Both the position numbers and the translations under genes were made by a program. The notes under the pieces were generated by a model that searched no databases, was not told the origin of the DNA, and was given only the letters and a program-made list of their open reading frames with translations. Below, one piece after another: positions 1 to 13,089 of a stretch of DNA of 64,000 nucleotides (within the stretch, counting starts at the first letter, position 1; every line of letters begins with the position of its first letter). Source of the stretch: Macrostomum hystrix (lineage: Eukaryota; Animalia; Platyhelminthes); the NCBI GenBank assembly GCA_950097015.1, contig CATNEN010000038.1, forward strand, positions 1,302,001-1,366,000. The letters run 5' to 3'.

Positions 1-1450
1 AGAATCACAGGTGAGGGAGTTTAATGATCTGCCTGAGAATCACAGGTGAGGGAGTTTGATGATCTGCCTGAGAATCACAGGTGAGGGAGTTTGATGATCT
101 GCCTGAGAATCACAGGTGAGGGAGTTTAATGATCTGCCTGAGAATCACAGGTGAGGGAGTTTAATGATCTGCCTGAGAATCACAGGTGAGGGAGTTTAAT
201 GATCTGCCTGAGAATCACAGGTGAGGGAGTTTGATGATCTGCCTGAGAATCACAGGTGAGGGAGTTTGATGATCTGCCTGAGAATCACAGGTGAGGGAGT
301 TTAATGATCTGCCTGAGAATCACAGGTGAGGGAGTTTAATGATCTGCCTGAGAATCACAGGTGAGGGAGTTTAATGGTCTGCCTGAGAATCACAGGTGAG
401 GGAGTTTGATGATCTGCCTGAGAATCACAGGTGAGGGAGTTTGATGATCTGCCTGAGAATCACAGGTGAGGGAGTTTAATGATCTGCCTGAGAATCACAG
501 TTGAGGGAGTTTAATGATCTGCCTGAGAATCACAGGTGAGGGAGTTTAATGATCTGCCTGAGAATCACAGGTGAGGGAGTTTAATGATCTGCCTGAGAAT
601 CACAGGTGAGGGAGTTTAATGATCTGCCTGAGAATCACAGGTGAGGGAGTTTGATGATCTGCCTGAGAATCACAGGTGAGGGAGTTTGATGATCTGCCTG
701 AGAATCACAGGTGAGGGAGTTTAATGATCTGCCTGAGAATCACAGGTGAGGGAGTTTAATGATCTGCCTGAGAATCACAGGTGAGGGAGTTTAATGATCT
801 GCCTGAGAATCACAGGTGAGGGAGTTTGATGATCTGCCTGAGAATCACAGGTGAGGGAGTTTGATGATCTGCCTGAGAATCACAGGTGAGGGAGTTTAAT
901 GATCTGCCTGAGAATCACAGGTGAGGGAGTTTAATGATCTGCCTGAGAATCACAGGTGAGGGAGTTTAATGGTCTGCCTGAGAATCACAGGTGAGGGAGT
1001 TTGATGATCTGCCTGAGAATCACAGGTGAGGGAGTTTGATGATCTGCCTGAGAATCACAGGTGAGGGAGTTTAATGATCTGCCTGAGAATCACAGTTGAG
1101 GGAGTTTAATGATCTGCCTGAGAATCACAGGTGAGGGAGTTTAATGATCTGCCTGAGAATCACAGTTGAGGGAGTTTAATGATCTGCCTGAGAATCACAG
1201 GTGAGGGAGTTTAATGATCTGCCTGAGACTGACAGGTGAGGGAGTTTGATGATCTGCCTGAGAATCACAGGTGAGGGAAGTGTCTGATCTGCCTGAGAAT
1301 CACAGGTGAGGGAAGTGGCTGATCTGCCTGAGAATCACAGGTGAGGGAAGTGTCTGATCTGCCTGAGAATCACAGGTGAGGGAAGTGGCTGATCTGCCTG
1401 AGAATCACAGGTGAGGGAAGTGGCTGATCTGCCTGAGAATCACAGGTAAT
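1..1450. repeat. 35-bp tandem minisatellite (AGAATCACAGGTGAGGGAGTTTAATGATCTGCCTG), about 41 copies, runs off the window start
   Basis: Direct 35-bp periodicity; rare variants recur 595 bp (17 units) apart. Confidence 0.97.
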
Positions 1451-2288
1451 GGAAGTGGCAAGTCTACCTATGGCGGTAGTGTTTCGCACCTAAAAATAAA
1501 GCCTGATAGTGAGGCTGTGAAGTCATAGAAAATTGCATTTTCAATTGACTGCTCAAGGCGTAGCTCAACGCCTTTGAGTCTGGCGGAAATCAGGCAGGAT
1601 TTGTGTCTATTTTTGTCCCCAAATTAGTCACCTGATGTTTAGTTAGTCTCATCCCAAATCCCAGATCCCCAGCCAGGGAAGCCCCGTCCGCTGTCCGCTC
1701 TGCATCTGTGCCTTCCTGTCTGTTGTTTTCATCACAAAAAGGCAGGCATTCTTTAAATATGAAAGCTCACTGCATGCCTTTTTGTATCATTCTATCGTGA
1801 TTAGGCCAGATTTCTGTCACGGTGCAGGCTCGGCCGAGAGACTTATCTTCTCCCGGCTACAGATGCCATACTGTATATTTATCTTTCGCAGTGCTTCTTT
1901 GTCCCATCCTCCCCCCAGCTTCATCAGCTCATTGTCATGAATCTAGTGCGCTTAGTTGACAACAGACTATTTTTATGAAATATTGTTATTCTGTTAGTGT
2001 ACTCGTATTTTAGCTTTTCCTCACCTGTTTAATTATGCTTTCAAAACTGGCATTTTAATTTAGCCTTATTATATACTTATTTAGCTATTTAATTCTTTGA
2101 ATCACTGTTTCATTTTTATCTAACTCTTTTTATTTCCCATATCTCTCGCTTTGTCCTTCTCTCTCCGTATCCCATCCCCCTCTATCGTTGGATTCAACGC
2201 TTAGAGATATCCTGAAACTGTAGGATCGAAAAGATATTTTTTATTTTTAACCAAACTTTTGCCCTCTCCCTGTCTTGCCTTCCCGCAG

Positions 2289-4325
2289 CAACGGTTGTGC
2301 AACGCGGCCAAGACGGCCCTGTCGAAAATTCCAGTTCGCATACTGCAATTGGCTGACGACGCTGTAAGTACTCGTAATTGATATTTTTTGCTGCGAACTG
2401 TAATTGTTTTAGATTTTTCAAGGAATTTAACACCATCCACCTTGAACTGACCCGGTAGGATCTGCAATGGATTGGCGATCACTGCGCCGTCTGCATTGAG
2501 CCGTACGGATGCGGCGATCCAGTCAGGATTCTGCCGTGCAAGTGAGTTTTAGCTCCTTGTTTAGGTCATACCAGGGTCAGGGCCGGACACTGTTGGGTCA
2601 AAGGTGGGACTCTCTTGAGTCAGGGGTAGACCCTCTTGGGTCAGGTGTTGGACCCTCTTGGGCCAGGGGTGGGATCCTCTTTGGCTAGGGGTGGGATCCT
2701 CTTTGGCTAGGGGTTGGACCCTCTTGGGCTAGGGGTTGGACCCTCTTTAGCCAGGGGTTGGACCCTCTTGGTTCAGGGGTGGGACCCACTTGGGCTAGGG
2801 GTGGAACCCTCTTTGCTCAGAGGTAGGAACCACTTAGGTCAGAGGTGGGACCCTATTGGGTCAGGGGTGGACACTGTCGGTTCAGATAAGGACATTGAAC
2901 TTGGTGTCGCATGGCAACGAGGCATTCGAACCACAACCCTCTGCAGGCACAAGTACCACACGCACTGCATCGATCAGTGGCTGCTGGATCAGCGCTCCTG
3001 TCCACTGTGCAAGACGGACATTCTGAAGGCCTGTGGCCTGTGGGTCAGCGGCGGTTCCCGCATCTCCCTGGACGACATCACCATTACTCCTGCCAACTCG
3101 CAGCATCACGCCGGCGCCGCTCCGCACTCGGCTGCCAGCACCGGAGCCACCGTTGCCGGGGCTCAGCAGCCTGCGGGCGACCCGCCCTGCCGACGGCAGC
3201 TGCCCACAACAGCTCAACAGCAGCCTGCTGGCGGTAATGCCAATCGAAAGTCAGGCGGAACTGCTAGACAGACCGGAGCTGCTGCTGCTGCTGCTGCTGC
3301 CCCACTCATTGCTGACGTCAGTTTGAATTCTTCAGGCTCAGTTCATATTGAATTCCTCAGGCTCAGCTCAGATTAAATTCCTCAGGCTCAGTTCAGGTTA
3401 AATTATTCAGGCTCAGCTCAGATTGAATTACTCAGGCTCAGTTCAGATTAAATTCCTCAGCTTCTGTTCAGATTAAATACTTCAGGCCCAGTTCAGATTA
3501 AATACTTCAGGTCCAGTTTAGATTGAATTTTTCAGGGCCAGTTCAGAATAAATAATTCAGGCCCAGTTCAGATTTAATACTTCAGGCCCAGTTCAGATTG
3601 AGTTCTTCAGGGCCAGTTCAGATTAAATACTTCAGGCCCAGTTCAGATTGAATTCTTCAGGGCCAGTTCAGATTAAATACTTCAGGCTCAGTTAAGATTA
3701 AATACTTCAGGCCCAGTTCAGATTAAATACTTCAGGGCCAGTTCAGATTGAATTCTTCAGGGCCAGTTCAGATTAAATACTTCAGGCTCAGTTGATTGAA
3801 TTCCTCAGGCTCAGTTCAGACTGAATTCCTCAGGCTCAGTTCAGATTGAATTCTTCAGGCTCAGTTCAGATTTAATTCCTCAGGCTCAGTTCAGATTAAA
3901 TTCTTCAGGCTCAGTTCAGATTGAATTCCTCAGGCTCAGTTCAGATTAAATTCTTCAGGCTCAGTTCAGATTAAATTCTTCAGGCTCAGTTCAGATTGAA
4001 TTCCTCAGGCTCAGTTCAGATTAAATTCTTCAGGCTCAGTTCAGATTAAATACTTCAGGCCCAGTTCAGATTGAATTCTTCAGGGCCAGTTCAGATTAAA
4101 TACTTCAGGCTCAGTTCAGATTAAATACTTCAGGCCCAGTTCAGATTGAATTCCTCAGGCTCAGTTCAGATTGAATTCTTCAGGCTCAGTTCAGATTGAA
4201 TTCTTCAGGCTCATTGAACAATGCCACAATGCTTTGAATTGCAGCAGGCCAAGTCTGACGCTGAAGATCCAATGGAGAGCGCCACTGGCATGGACCCGCT
4301 GCTGTGCGTGCGTTTCCACGACTAG
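2289..4325 (+). CDS. Goliath/RNF130/RNF150-like RING-H2 E3 ligase, 3' exons only (5' part upstream of the window)
   Basis: Phase-compatible GT-AG exons 2289-2363 (QRLCNAAKTALSKIPVRIL), 2459-2541 (DHCAVCIEPYGCGDPVRILPCK), 2947-3316 (HKYHTHCIDQWLLDQRSCPLCKTDILKACGL) and probable last exon 4245-4325. C3H2C3 RING with the Goliath-type flanking motif; AATAAA at 4561. Confidence 0.88.
2590..2880. repeat. degenerate ~22-23-bp intronic tandem repeat (GGGGTGGACCCTCTTGGGTCA-like)
   Basis: Imperfect repeated unit inside a RING-gene intron. Confidence 0.8.
3325..4212. repeat. 25-bp intronic minisatellite (CAGTTCAGATTAAATTCTTCAGGCT)
   Basis: Direct 25-bp periodicity. Confidence 0.95.
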
Positions 4326-6429
4326 CACAGCCTACTGGCTGGCTAAATTCGTGCTGGCGAGCTAGCATGAGTGACAGGCGATCAAGTCGTTAAATATTCA
4401 ATCAGATGATTTGTCAAAGCGAGCCCCAGTCTTGAAACTGTTTGTGTTGGCATCGAGCTTAAAGTTGTCATCTTATCCAATGTTGTAGCGTGTAATTTTA
4501 TTATTCTATTATTGTCGCGTTGATGTTTTTCCTTTGTTTAGATTTGTTTTAAATGAAACGAATAAATTGATTTGTAAAGTTAGTATTTATCATGATTATC
4601 TGTGCGACTGTTAATTGATTAATTATGATTTATTGATTGATCTGTGAGAAGGTTGGTTGAATAAATGATTTATTGATATGTTCAATGATTGGTTGATATT
4701 GATATGATTGATATGAATGATTGGATCTAATGTTCGTCGACTAATCCATTGAGTTGTGGTAAGGTTTTGATTAATTGATTAATTTTAACTGATCATCAAC
4801 GTTGTATTGATTGATCTATCTGATCGTTAATAGTTGGATTGATGATTAACTGATTACTTTATGCCATACATGATTAATTAATTGCATTCGAAGGATTTTC
4901 GGCCATCGGCAAATAATATTGACAGAAAATGGAAATAATGAGATCATTGCTGACAATGAACAGCGAGATTGACACTTTCGTGTTGACTTTGGCTCGCTCT
5001 CTCTCTTTGCTCTGATTGCCTGTTTGTGTCTTTTAATGTTAGCACCAGCGTTGCAGTAGTGGTCCTTAAATGACTTGTTATCCAAATTCATTTTTCAATA
5101 CCTTTAGCCTACTATGAGTAGTTTGTCTTACTTAGAAAAGCTGAATTGCATATATTTGTCAATGTTGTCTTTTTGTATAGTTCCTCACTTAGTGAGGTTA
5201 CATAAAATAAGTAATCAGTAGAAAATTAAACCTGCTTTTTGTTGTGTCCATGGAGTCTAGTCATTCATGCGTTTTTTTGTTTATTTTATGTTTGCCAGCG
5301 TTGTCTAACTGCCTATTATATCAGCATGCTTGCACTCTACAATAACGAAAATACAATCTCATTGTCTATCTGTTCGATTTCTATGTTATTAAAAATGAAA
5401 TTATCCGGATAATTTTAACTTCAACATTTTTGAACCTATAAAACTGTCTGCGGACTATCGGTCTATTATAAATGTGTACTAAATGTTTTAACCTTACTGG
5501 CACATTCCGTATGGCTGATAACTTTAACCTTACCCGGATTCGAATCCAAGACCTATATCTACTGTTGTGTACCGAAGTAGCAGGCAATTTAACATTATCA
5601 ATATTTTTAAGCTGTCTAGCACAGCAGGCTCTAGTCTTGAAGTTTGTTCTATAATCTTTTGCTGGTCACATTGCGCGAATGTAATGCGGATTTTTTAAAT
5701 ACTATATTAAATACTAGTTATTCATCTCTCTACTTAGTTAGTAGTGTGTACGCACTTCTTTCCAGAATGTTATTATCTCATCGGTAAAAACTTTCTGTTG
5801 GATTTATTTTGCTTCTTCGCCTGCGCTGTTTCACATATTTTGAAAAGCCACTTGTGGGAAAGCGCAATTAATAAATCAAAAAAATGCGAGCTGTTAGCAA
5901 TGCATTGAGTTTGTCATTTCACAGATTTTCAGTCATTTTCAATTACTCGAGTGTCATGAATGTGTTCAATGAATGTATGTTCGAGATAATTTTAACTGTC
6001 TCATTTTGTGTTATGAAAACCAAAAATTATTTCATAAATTTGAAAATCAAGTCGAGACCATTTTTTTTATGATCAACTTGATTATTACAGTAAAGTTGTC
6101 ACAGATGTAATAATAAAACAGTTTTATTATGCCTTTAATAACTAAAAAACACGTTTTAAAAACGATTGTGGCAGGAAAAGATGGAGGAAATAATAATCAA
6201 TTAATTACTAAAAATCTTTACACAAATAAAACGTTATATCAATTCTGCGAATTATACATCTCAACACTTTAACTATAAATTTAATACTTAAGATTTACCT
6301 ACTTAAGATACTAAGTTATTGGAATTATTGGAATGTTGATTAAATACAAATACAGATTAAATACAGAAAAAATATTCTGCAGATAGACTAACACGAACAA
6401 ACACATACCAGGAACAGATGTTGAATCTG

Positions 6430-7020
6430 GGGATATGGGATAACTGTTGAATGTGAGGATCTGGGATAACTGTTAAATGTGAGGATCTGGGATAACTGTT
6501 AAATGTGAGGATCTGGGATAACTGTTAAATGTGAGGATCTGGGATAACTGTTGAATGTGAGGATCTGGGATAACTGTTGAATGTGAGGATCTGGGATAAC
6601 TGTTGAATGTGAGGATCTGGGATAACTGTTGAATGTGAGGATCTGGGATAACTGTTAAATGTGAGGATCTGGGATAACTGTTAAATGTGAGGATCTGGGA
6701 TAACTGTTAAATGTGAGGATCTGGGATAACTGTTAAATGTGAGGATCTGGGATAACTGTTGAATGTGAGGATCTGGGATAACTGTTGAATGTGAGGATCT
6801 GGGATAACTGTTGAATGTGAGGATCTGGGATAACTGTTGAATGTGAGGATCTGGGATAACTGTTAAATGTGAGGATCTGGGATAACTGTTGAATGTGAGG
6901 ATCTGGGATAACTGTTAAATGTGAGGATCTGGGATAACTGCTAAATGTGAGGATCTGGGATAACTGTTAAATGTGAGGATCTGGGACAACTGTTGAATGT
7001 TAGGATCTGGGACAAGTGTT
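6430..7020. repeat. 26-bp minisatellite (GATAACTGTTAAATGTGAGGATCTGG)
   Basis: Direct periodicity, just beyond the IAP stop codon. Confidence 0.95.
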
Positions 7021-7069
7021 GAAAGAATAGAATCAAATCAAGTCATCAAAAAGGTTGAGTACTGTTTAC

Positions 7070-9187
7070 TCAGGCCCGATTAATGAGACAAACGGCCAGA
7101 ATCTCAGAGCCGCAGACTGGGCAGTCGGCTGCCTGACCCTCGCAGGTGGGGCACAGGCAGCGGTGACTGCACGGCAGCAGGCAGCAGGCGGCATCAGCGT
7201 AGCCGCAGCGGCTGCAGCGGAGGTCGGCCGCAAGGGCCTCAGCAGCGGCGGCGTGCTGCTTTTTCTTGGCCGCAGCCAGCCAATCATCGGCGAGACTGGC
7301 CACTTGGCCCAGGCCGCATTCGTCGGCGCGTCGGCGCAGCTCCAGCGCCGCGTCCAGCTGCAGCTCGGCGGAGAAGAAATCGTCGCCAATGAAGGCCAGC
7401 TGAAGCCGAATGACGACTTCGGCTTCTTGACATTCAGCGGCGGCTCGGGCAAACCTGGCCGTCAGGAGGCTGGCTGGCAGGTCCAGGCGAGCCCTCGGTG
7501 CCCGAGGGTCGAAGCGAAATAGCAGCGTGGCCGAGGCCACAGTGGAGCTGCACAGCAGGCGACAGTTTCGGCGTTGGTCAATTAGACTCGGCGAGGGCGA
7601 GAAAATATCCGGTTGAATCCGGATGGGCGGAAAGCGCTCAAGCACGGCTTCGATGTAGGCGAGGCCGCGTTCTCGCAGGAGGTGCGGGCAGGCGGGCGAC
7701 AGGCGAGCGTGCAGCAGCCAGGGACACGGCGACCCTGACACTGCGTAGCCGTTGGGGAAGGTGACGCCGCAGGCGTAGCATCTGGCGACTCCGACCGAGG
7801 CGTCGACGACAAAGCCGGATTTGGCGGCCAGCCAGGCGGGGACCAGGCCGGCCTGCCAGCAGCCGGATTGCAGTCTGGCCTGGCGACCGGCCGAGCGGCG
7901 GCTGTCCAGGGGTTGCAGCCCGGCCGAGGCCAGCTCCGCGGCGGCTGACTTGGACTTGGCGAGGGCCTCGGTTGTGGAGAGCTGGCGAAGATTGGTTAGG
8001 ACGATGAGTTACGTTGAATTTGGATGACAGACACACAGACAGACAGGCAGGCAGACAGGCAGACAGAAAGACAGACTGACAGACAGACAGACAGGCAGCT
8101 CACATTGCATCGGGCCCAGCCACCGAACATGTCGCTATCGTAGGCCAGAGTGTCGGAGGGTTGTCGCGGCCTGTCATCCATGACCACAGGCGGGGAGGCG
8201 GAGCCGAAGTCAAGCCGGTGGGGCTCGGTGCACTGGACCGGGCGCGGCAGGTCGGTGTAGTCGGCAGGCCGGTTGCCAACGCAGAAACCCATCAGCAGCG
8301 GGCATACGGGATGCTGGAGCCTGTGCAGCTCGGCCGGCGAGGCGCGCGCGGCGTCGCTTGACCGGACACGGCCGGAGCAGAAAGCGCATCTGGGGAAAAT
8401 CGATTGAGCAGCTTGCAGAAGCGGTGGGAAGTAACACGAGCCAACCACAAGGTCTGATTCGATTCGATACCACGTAAAAGCAGGACTCATTACTCCACTC
8501 CATCATCAGCAATTCATTAGATCTCATACAATATGTGTGTGCTCAGGAGTCAGGGAAATGAAGGGGCGTTGACGCCCCGATTGAAACTGTCTAGCCCATA
8601 GACTGTATGGACGTCACACCTACCATTATTGTCCCAGCTGATGCTGTTACCCATTTAAGAGCTGGGTGAAATGAAGCAATGCAGTGTTAGGTGTCTGGAT
8701 TAAGGACTCAAATTGTTCCAGTGGCGTCAAGAATCGAACCCCCGACCTTCAAACGTGTGTCCGACAGTCTGACCCCTAGGCTACAAACGGGATGTTACAA
8801 TGACCACTCCACTAGACAATGAACTCACCGGAACGGATACCTCTGCCTGCCAGTGTAGTACAGTCCCTCTCTAGCCGCCAATCTAATCTCAGTCGGCTCA
8901 GCAACTATGCCAGCAGGCGCGGACAAGCAGGTCAGCAAGCGGTTCTGCTCAGATCGCATATCGTGGAAAGCGTTAGACAACCCGGCCGGCAGTCGATAGC
9001 CCACTTTGGCTGCGCTGAAATCGATGGACCGACGATCGCCAGAATAGTAGGCCAATCTCAGGCACAACCTGACATCGCCCAAAGCTGCGGTCGCGGTCAC
9101 CTGGCCACAATCGGTATTTGTACTGCTCAGAGACTCCGACTCACTGCTGGAGTCGGCGCCACTTGTAAGATCGGCACTGTCGGCCAT
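7070..9187 (-). CDS. Inhibitor-of-apoptosis (IAP/BIRC-like) protein: 2 BIR domains, UBA-like segment, C-terminal RING; about 518 aa
   Basis: Exons 9187-8829, 8389-8104 and 7981-7070 join in phase. BIR1 RCAFC...ELHRLQHPVCP; BIR2 AKSGF...ARCYACG...LLHARLSPACP; RING CSRC...LPCSHRCLCPTC...CPVC. Confidence 0.85.
8530..8783 (-). mobile_element. tRNA-derived SINE in IAP intron 1
   Basis: Minus strand has A-box-like TAGCCTAGGGGT, B-box GGTTCGATTC and a SINE-like core (CATTGCTTCATTTCACCCAGCTCTTAAATGGGTA). The motif GTGTGCTCAGGAGTCAG-GAAAT is shared with copies near 35630 and 62960. Confidence 0.6.
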
Positions 9188-9784
9188 AGACAGTAGTGTC
9201 TCGAGGATGGCGTTTTGACTAGAGACCGCCAGACCAATTTCCTGGAGTTAAATATTCGCGTCATGCTACTAAGCTAGTAGAGTACTGTGAGTAGCAAACA
9301 AAATTTATTATTTTCTCGCTTACCTGATGCATAGCAGCACACTGGATATTGTAATAAGCATTTGTCTCATTTTTTAGAGCTGCCCTCTCTAGGCTTTGCA
9401 GTGAGCCTCGAAATTGTTTAGCAGATGGCAGGCTCATGATAGAGCCATCTGGAATATATAACAGAATATAGGAACTTATGTTGTTCAATTAAGCATGATT
9501 ACATTTCTGCACAGAAAACCGAGTAGACTAATTGTAAACCCTTCTTCATTTCTTTTTTGTCTATTGGAAAAATAAATCAACATTGTAAAAATGACTCAAA
9601 TTACAAAAAACTTTTACTTTTGCGAGTTCAAAAGCAGCTAAGAGTTATACATATTTTAGTTTATTAATGAACTATAATGCTAAATAACTTAATAACCGAG
9701 GCCCAGCGAAACCAGAATAAGAAATTATTAAACAGCACGTGTTGCTGATGAAGTCTTGGAAAAATAATCTGATAAGTGCTGTAG

Positions 9785-10815
9785 ACAGAGAGGCAGAGAC
9801 AGAAAGACAAGAAGAGACAGGCAGACAGGAAGAGACAGACAGGCAGACAGACAGACAGACAGATAGGAAGAGACAGACAGAAACACAGGAAGAGACAGGC
9901 AGGCAGACAGGAAGAGACAGACAGACAGGAAGAGACAGACAGACACACAGGAAGAGACAGACAGACACACAGGAAGAGACAGACAGACACACAGGAAGAG
10001 ACAGACAGACACACAGGAAGAGACAGACAGACACACAGGAAGAGACAGACAGGCAGACAGGAAGAGACAGACACACAGGAAGAGACAGACAGACACACAG
10101 GAAGAGACAGACAGACACACAGGAAGAGACAGACAGACACACAGGAAGAGACAGACAGACACACAGGAAGAGACAGACAGGCAGACAGGAAGAGACAGAC
10201 AGACAGGAAGAGACAGACACACAGGAAGAGACAGACAGACACACAGGAAGAGACAGACAGACACACAGGAAGAGACAGACAGACACACAGGAAGAGACAG
10301 ACAGACACACAGGAAGAGACAGACAGACACACAGGAAGAGACAGACAGACACACAGGAAGAGACAGACAGACACACAGGAAGAGACAGACAGACACACAG
10401 GAAGAGACAGACAGACACACAGGAAGAGACAGACAGGCAGACAGGAAGAGACAGACACACAGGAAGAGACAGACAGACACACAGGAAGAGACAGACAGAC
10501 ACACAGGAAGAGACAGACAGACACACAGGAAGAGACAGACAGACACACAGGAAGAGACAGACAGACACACAGGAAGAGACAGACAGACACACAGGAAGAG
10601 ACAGACAGACACACAGGAAGAGACAGACAGACACACAGGAAGAGACAGACAGACACACAGGAAGAGACAGACAGACACACAGGAAGAGACAGACAGACAC
10701 ACAGGAAGAGACAGACAGACACACAGGAAGAGACAGACAGACACACAGGAAGAGACAGACAGACACACAGGAAGAGACAGACAGACAGACAGGAAGAGAC
10801 AGACAGACAGACAGG
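9785..10815. repeat. 22-bp minisatellite (ACAGACAGACACACAGGAAGAG)
   Basis: Direct periodicity; produces spurious long ORFs on both strands. Confidence 0.97.
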
Positions 10816-11028
10816 AAAGTTCCAAGGAATCCAAGGACAGACAAAAGTTAAGCAAAAAGCACAAACAATGAATTGATAAAATGTATCGCGGTGCAATATA
10901 AGATTGGATGCTTTTATTGACAGCAGATTAACAGCAAAAGTTGCGTAAAATTACTAAAAAAGTTCAAGAACTGTCGAAGTCAGGAGCAATGCTCTCAGCT
11001 CCGACAATAAAAGCGGAGCGCAAAGAGC

Positions 11029-13089
11029 TCATCGTCGGGAAAAGCCGCCCAGTCTGGCCGGGTCCTGGCTGGGGTAGCTGCTGCCAGCGGCGCCGCCAAC
11101 TCCAGGCAGCAGACTGGGCACTCCTGGCGGCAGCGGCTCCGACGAGGCTGTGGTCTTCGAAGTCGCCGACGTAGAGGAAGACGACGTGGCGCCGGCAGAA
11201 TTAGGCGCGGCATCCAAAGCGGCCGCGGCGGCCTCCTCGCGCTGCTGCTGAATGGTGGCGTACTTGGTCATGAGCTTGTCAGCCACGGGATCGTTTGTGC
11301 CATAGTAGCGATCGCGGATGTTCTGCTCTGACAAGGGATCGTCCGGGTCCGTTGGACGCTCGTGCCTGCGGCGGCGTAGAGACATGTTTGTGGACAATGT
11401 ACAAACTAGCAAACTGACTCTTCTAAATCTAGCAAACTGACTCTTCTAAATCTAGCAAACTGACTCTTCTAAATCTAGTAAACTGACTCTTCTAAATCTA
11501 GCAAACTAACTCTTCTAAATCTAGCAAACTGACTTTTCTAAATCTAGCAAACTGACTCTTCTAAATCTAGCAAACTGACTTCTAAATCTAGCAAACTGAC
11601 TCTTCTAAATTTAGCAAATTGACTCTTCTAAATCTAGCAAATTGACTCTTCTAAATCTAGCAAATTGACTCTTCTAAATCTAGCAAACTAACTCTTCTAA
11701 ATCTAGCAAATTGACTCTTCTAAATCTAGCAAACTGACTTTTCTAAATCTAGCAAACTGACTCTTCTAAATCTAGCAAACTGACTTCTAAATCTAGCAAA
11801 CTGACTCTTCTAAATTTAGCAAACTGACTCTTCTAAATTTAGCAAACTGACTCTTCTAAATCTAGCAAACTGACTCTTCTAAATTTAGCAAACTGACTCT
11901 TCTAAATCTAGGCTCCTAAATTAAAAAAACTTTTACTCCTAAATCTAGCTCATGGTCTTCTAAATTTAGGAATCGTTTCGAAATCAAGATATTAATGGAA
12001 TCCTTAGTCACGACTCGAAAATCTACATAACAAACACCCCAAGTTCTATCTACCACTTAACGAATTGATTGGCCCTGCGAAATCTATTCATTACGTAGTA
12101 AAGCAAGGTGAGGTGCTCACCTGTACGGACACTCCTCGCCGCGCCTGCACTCTCCTTTAACATAGAAGCTGCAGATGTGGGGTCGATTGCGCTTGTAATA
12201 CGGTGTAGTGCGGGCCAGCCTGTGCAGCATGTCCGATGATGGCGCGGGCGCTTTGCCGCCTCCGCTGCTGCCGCCAGCCATTGTGGCTAAGGCGCTCGAT
12301 GCACCTCCGCTGCCGCCGCCGCCACCTCCAGCGGTAATAGCATGCTGAGCTACCTGGCTCTGTTAATTTGTTAAAATTACGATTTACAATATCAACGTTG
12401 GAGAGCAGAGGATTAAATTGGGGATCTGGGATAACAGATGTTCGGATTTGGGATCTGGGATAACAGATGGTCAGATTGGGGATCTGGGATAACAGATCGG
12501 GGATCGGGATTAGATGTTGATCGGGGATAGCTGACAACTTTTGCTTGGGGATTTAGGATTAAATATGTTCAGATTGGAGATCTAGCCTAGATCTGACCTA
12601 CATAAGGTCAGATTAGGGATTTGGGATAGATTTTTTAACTGGATAAAGCCAAGTTAATATGCGAAAGAGAATAAACTTTATACCAACCTGCCACGGCACC
12701 GTGGGGTCGTCAGCCAGGGCCCTCTCGACCTGCTGCATGTAGTACTCCCTGCCAACCTCGGACTTTGGCAGCTTATCGTTGATCTTCAGGGCCTTGTCGC
12801 GCACCTCAACAGGCAAGCCGTATTGCAAGTCCAAGATGCAGGTCTGGCAGACGTTCTTGATCTTGGCGCATGTCTGGCAGACCTCAGTCTTCTTAAAACG
12901 CGACTTGGGTCCGGGGCACCAGCGGAACACGGTGAAAGGCCTGGTGCAGATTTTGCACTCCTTGCCATAGCGCTCCTTCATCATGCGCAAGTAGGGATTC
13001 TCGCCCAGGCAGGTCTGGCAGAGGATGGGAAACTCGGCATCCTCCCAGTTCTGCCGGTTGTAGGTGTTGGTGCTCTTGGAGTGGGCCAT
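11029..13089 (-). CDS. RBM22: Pre-mRNA splicing factor RBM22/Cwc2/Slt11 homologue, about 323 aa, RRM absent
   Basis: Exons 13089-12688 ([29 protein letters not shown]...), 12353-12121 ([38 protein letters not shown] finger) and 11365-11029 ([31 protein letters not shown]...[10 protein letters not shown]). Confidence 0.95.
11405..11910. repeat. 23-bp intronic minisatellite (CTAGCAAACTGACTCTTCTAAAT)
   Basis: Direct periodicity in RBM22 intron 2. Confidence 0.96.

Noticed and set aside
1-1450. CRISPR-like appearance of regular repeats (also 27720-29075, 55055-56596)
   Set aside because: Units are head-to-tail with no unique spacers, there are no cas genes, and the context is eukaryotic.
8555-8590. 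GGGGCG-TTGA-CGCCCC hairpin followed by GAAAC (hammerhead-ribozyme-like)
   Set aside because: The CUGANGA core and stems I/III are not present.
9664-10896. 370-410 aa ORFs on both strands
   Set aside because: Translations of a stop-free 22-bp minisatellite; no protein signal.
10995-11213. Alternative-frame MPRL... in RBM22 exon 3, resembling the pre-RRM linker (frameshifted RRM?)
   Set aside because: The rest of that frame has no RNP1/RNP2 motifs, and the main frame carries the conserved C-terminal motif.
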